This document shows, one piece after another, positions 59,701 to 64,000 of a stretch of 64,000 nt of DNA. Below the pieces are notes generated by a model. It was not told the origin of the DNA. It made no database searches and saw only the letters and a program-made list of their open reading frames with translations. Both the position numbers and the translations under genes were made by a program. This DNA is from Saccostrea cucullata (taxonomy: Eukaryota): assembly GCF_032062105.1 (NCBI RefSeq), contig NW_026933830.1, positions 372,001 to 436,000 of the forward strand. Reading direction: 5' to 3'. Within the stretch, counting starts at the first letter, position 1; every line of letters begins with the position of its first letter.

Positions 59701-62407
59701 AACAAAAAGATATGACAATATTTAGCATTAGACTGAAGCTTATCACAGAACTAATACATGTATTTTCTGGCAATAAAAAAATCATTTCCATGCAATTAGC
59801 ATTTAACATCATGCAATCCATATAAAAAGTATGTAAAGATGCAAAGATTATCTTTAATATTGCAGTATTAATGTCTATAATTTATTACAGAAGCACATTC
59901 ATAATCAAGACAATCAGAATATTACTTTGCAATATCATACAAATATCTACTTGGATTAAAATTTCTAGCATCTCTGTCAAAGCTTCATATCTAAATGTAG
60001 CACACAGCAAAATATAGCTAACAAGATCACCATTAAATGGAGTATACATCGTTTATATTGTTTCTCAAAGACCATAGGTGTTATAAAGTTAATGTCCCAT
60101 ACAAGGTGATCGAGTAGGAAATGTGCACACCAGTGCTTGACCCTGGAATCAACATTTAATGACATTTAACCCTTCAACTCTGACCTATAGTAACCCTTCA
60201 ACTCTGACCCATAGTAACCCTTCAACTCTGACCCATAGTGGAATTAGTTTATTATTCACCATTTCCAAAGTGAAGACTTAGGGAGGAACATAGATAGACT
60301 TTGTCATTGTTATTGTTTTGTTGTAGTTGTCAAGTAATTTCCCCATAGAAGTCCAAATGTACTACAAATCAGTCTGAAATAAATATATACAATGTAGTTG
60401 ATCTTTGGTATCTCTAACATTGATGTCTCGAATACGAATGTCGAGATTATTTGGTAGTCCCATCCACTTATTCTTTTATTTTTTTTTTACTCCTGATATC
60501 TCAAATCCTAAGATTTCTCTCGATTTTTTTTCTCGGTCCTTTCGAGTTTGAGATAATGAGGTTTGACTGTCAATAAATTGACTGGGGATTTTTATCATCA
60601 TTACGTATACTCCTAACTCCCTGTTCAATAATATGACTGGGGATTTTTATCATCATTAAGTATACTCCTAACCCCCTGTTGATAAACTTAGTAATCAGCA
60701 ATTAACACTATAGTGCAGCCAAATTAAATTAAGCTGTTCATGTGAACATTTGAGTTTTAAAAAAGGCTAATCTATGTATGATTTTAAAGTCATTTTGTTT
60801 TAAACAGCTGTGTGATATAAAAGCATGTGTAACTCGGATAAAAATTTACTTAAGTTTGCAAGTATAGAAGTGTATGAGGAAACCTCAATAAGCTTTCAGT
60901 AATTAATGTGTGAGATAAAGAGTCTCAGTAAATTTAGGTCATTTTGTCCATTGCTTTACTAGTGTATTAAATATTAATTAAGATTTGTACAGATTTTTGT
61001 TAATGAATTTAAGACGTCAGGAAGATCATGTTAAGTTGAATACAGCAAGTAAATATCAAGTTATTAATTCAATTACTTCGTTAAGTTTTAGCTACTACAC
61101 ATTCTTGCCTGCACAGCCCTGCGATTTATTGAAGTAGCAGTATAACATATAACTCCCCTCTCATTTAAATCAGTTTTTTCCTGCCATTTTTAATGATCCT
61201 TTCCTGTTTTCTAAACTAAGCAGCTATAATATACAACTAATACACAACCCTCCTCAACCAGCTGAATTTACAATATCATATTTATAATGCAAAGCTCCCC
61301 ACTGGCATAGAGTCTAATAATTAATTACAAAGCATATATATATTAAACTTCTGTTTTACATGTAATGCCTGTCACCTTTAAGCATTAGGAGGGATTTTTG
61401 ACCTTACAATATCAGTTATGTAATTCAATCTGACCTCATATTTCTTTTAATCTGTATATATTACGGTGTTATTGTACTGTGTACTTCAAAGCTTGTATTT
61501 ATACATGTAATACTGTAAGCTTTTTATAAATAAACATGCATTATGTACATGTAAATGTCTTATTGTGATAATGCATATGCAAAAAAGGACAATTTTCCAA
61601 GTAGCATGATTTACATGTCTTTATGTAAATGTTAGATCAATACATTCAGTTTTAGAGTTTTAATTCCTCCTGTCTAGAGGAGGAAGGACATTCTCATGTT
61701 AGACATAAAATGGAGGCCAGTCAGACATTTTACATTCCTCACTGCAAAAAATATACACATCAAAAACTCCAAGAGAAAATGGCTACGGCAGGCAAGAGGT
61801 TACGGGGTTACCATGTTTACCACGGATTACCTTATCCTCAATCCCCATTTTATACACCTCGGGGAAGTGTAACAGGGTGGACGGCATTAAGTCTTTGTCA
61901 AATATGCCGTTAACGACCGGCGGAAACGCCGTGAATAAGACATGGATAAACAACAGAAAGAGGCTGTTGAATTGGAGTGAGCCCGAGTATCCGCTATAGA
62001 GCTGGAACCAGAGCATGGTGAACTCAATTCCCTAAAATCAATCAGGAAACAAAACAATTAATGTACAATGATTATACAAAGCAGTGCAGTATTTACCGTA
62101 TCATCAATGCCCATTTTGTAGATATGAGGAAATCGGAGGAGGGTTTCTGACGACAAGTCTTTGTCTAAGACCCCGTTCACCAGAGGGGGAAAAGCACAGA
62201 AGACTACATGCGTGAGCATGGTATAAAGACTGTCAAATTGCATCGATCCCGAGTACGCACTGTAGATCTGGTACCAAAACATGACTAATACACTGATCTA
62301 GAAACAGACGAGATGGGGTTAGAACACAGAAAACAGATCTCAGGCCAGAGTTATCTCCCCATAGTCTGTCTACAGAGTTATACACCTTACTGCTGCACTT
62401 AAACCTT

Positions 62408-62458
<51 letters not shown>

Positions 62459-63923
62459 TTAAAAATCAGTTATGTAAATTAATAGTGTTTTTTTTTTAAC
62501 TGTGTTCATTTTAAAAATTTTGATAATTGTAAAACATTCTAATCTAAATGTAATATTCAGTGCAACAGCAGTTTAAGGTGACCTCTGCCATTTATGGTGA
62601 GGTGACATCAAGAGGAGGTAACTCTAGCCTAGAACCTGGTTAAAATGATTGATGATAATACAAGAAAATCTAGCAACTCATCACACATAATTTCTGTATA
62701 AATATTGTGCAATATCAATTAATATTGTTCAAGTTATTTTTACTTCTCACAACCAAACAATGAGGTATGGTACATGTTCTAATATACTGATTGATATATA
62801 ATGATCTTCATCCACTGAAAATGAACAATCTACATTCTGAGCTTGTTTCACAGTTTTACTTTTAGGTAGTAATCATTTTTCCTTTATGTTTTCTTGTCTA
62901 AAAATTTGGAATTATAAATTCAAAGCAAAACAACTAACTACTTTAGCAACTAGTTACTAAATGTCAGCAATTCTGTTTTGATTTCTTTCAAAAGATATAT
63001 TGTATGCAAAAAATTTGTCAAAGAATGAAATACCAAAAGCATCTATCACCACAAAGTTTTGATGGGAACTACAGTAATATTATGTTGTTATTCTAAATGA
63101 TTCTAAATGATTCATGACTGAATGTGTCAATTTTTTGGTGCCATCATCAGGAAAATAAAATGTGTTCGAATTATAAGATTACCAAAACACAAACATTTAT
63201 TGTTAACAGAAAGACAGATTATAATATTGTTACAAAAAAAATTGTTTTATGCAATATCAACATGCACAATGCACGCCTGGTATTAACAAGAAAAAAGATT
63301 CCCCTGATTTGATCAGTGTGTTAGAAATTTGTGCCATTTTTTTTTTAAAGAGACATAATTTAAGTGGGATCTTCATTTCAAAAATTCAAACAATCATGTG
63401 ATAAGCACAATTGTGACATATATATACAAAAAAAAAAAAAACATTCAGTGATCACAGGTACTTTACACACTTTTATCCTTTCTTCTATAAATTAAAAATA
63501 AAAACATTATTATAATAGTTTGGAGAATTTTTTATTTATGAAAAGAAAGGATAAATAAGTCAAGTGCCTGTGACAGTGATATAAAATATATTCTTTTCAA
63601 CTTCTGAACTTCTGATATTTAAAAATATTCAAACTGTGTACAAACTTATTTTTAGCATAATACAAATCTCATATGTAATTATTTAATAACAAAAAAATAA
63701 GAGCAGAAATGAAGACCTACCAAGCTTTTATAGAACATGAAGGAGGAGAATCGCGCGAGGCGACAGTAACACCAGTGTCCATGGACCAGAAGGAGGCGCT
63801 GGAGAAACATGAAGCGAGAAATGGCAAAATCTGATGCCATGACGGCTTGCATGCCTTCCTGTCCAGAAATCCCAATCCCGATGTCGGCCACCTGTATCAT
63901 ACTGACGTCATTGGCTCCGTCAC
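56773..63923 (-). CDS. Phospholipid-transporting P4-ATPase (ATP10-like flippase), 3' part; gene continues beyond window
   Basis: Exons (minus) 63923-63721 ([38 protein letters not shown]...[10 protein letters not shown]), alternative 62297-62097 or 62031-61831, 59648-59568, 59432-59328, 58588-58401 (NPYWVM...SLFPR), 57001-56773. All phases are compatible. Confidence 0.92.
57600..58430 (-). repeat. ~72-bp tandem repeat of P4-ATPase exon end and donor, with nested G-rich sub-repeat
   Basis: CCTTGG(G) (= CCCAAG|G) at 58400, 58323, 58251, 58180, 58109, 58037, 57927, 57680 and degenerate ~57620. Internal GGGGAGGGGATTATAGCAGATGAT repeats at ~57715-57990. Confidence 0.9.
58661..58834. mobile_element. 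Tc1/mariner-type MITE
   Basis: TA flanks, CAGAAAAACTCG...CGAGTTTTACTG termini. Confidence 0.6.
58930..59311. mobile_element. Palindromic non-autonomous element (unclassified)
   Basis: ~168-bp near-perfect palindrome 58930-59097 with nested sub-palindromes, then TTCTAATGCA...TGCATTAGAA. Confidence 0.55.
61831..62031 (-). CDS. P4-ATPase alternative exon B (TM5 end-TM6), 201 nt
   Basis: AG at 62033-62032 and GT at 61830-61829, phase 0/0. Encodes [48 protein letters not shown]...KMGIEDK. Confidence 0.85.
62097..62297 (-). CDS. P4-ATPase alternative exon A (TM5 end-TM6), 201 nt
   Basis: AG at 62299-62298 and GT at 62096-62095, phase 0/0. Encodes [48 protein letters not shown]...KMGIDDT. Confidence 0.85.
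62409..62454. repeat. (TA)n microsatellite
   Basis: About 22 TA units. Confidence 0.95.
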
Positions 63924-64000
63924 CTGTATCAGATGTAGAGGAAACATTAATTTTTTTTTCAGATGTGTCTTGTATGATATTCCTCTATGATGAATTTAAC

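Noticed and set aside
59977-60165. Hydrophobic intronic ORF (…[20 protein letters not shown]…) as a possible extra alternative flippase exon
   Set aside because: No convincing acceptor/donor pair and only a superficial QYxR match to exon 59568-59648.

Overview
AT-rich, intron-rich animal genomic DNA. The repeat landscape (Helentron/HINE elements carrying ~166-bp satellite units, Kolobok/hAT/Tc1-mariner MITEs) points to an oyster-like bivalve, which is an inference. There is one 181-N assembly gap. Eight protein-coding loci were reconstructed by hand from splice signals and reading frame: the 3' end of COG8 (+), an SLC36/PAT amino-acid transporter (+), an F-box/LRR gene (-), beta-tubulin (+), USP38/35 (+), mitochondrial CLPB/Skd3 (-), GNPDA (+) and the 3' part of an ATP10-like P4-ATPase flippase (-). 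There is also an initiator tRNA-Met. Three things stand out. (1) About a dozen unrelated tandem repeats in five genes are each seeded on a coding boundary (exon end plus 5' splice site, 3' splice site plus exon start, or last codons plus stop), forming arrays of decoy splice sites that often decay away from the exon. (2) The flippase has a tandem pair of 201-nt homologous exons for TM5-TM6, probably mutually exclusive, separated by only 65 nt and preceded by a G.U-rich sense-strand RNA stem. (3) The flippase has a coding-like in-frame extension beyond its stop codon. All coordinates were read manually and no databases were searched.
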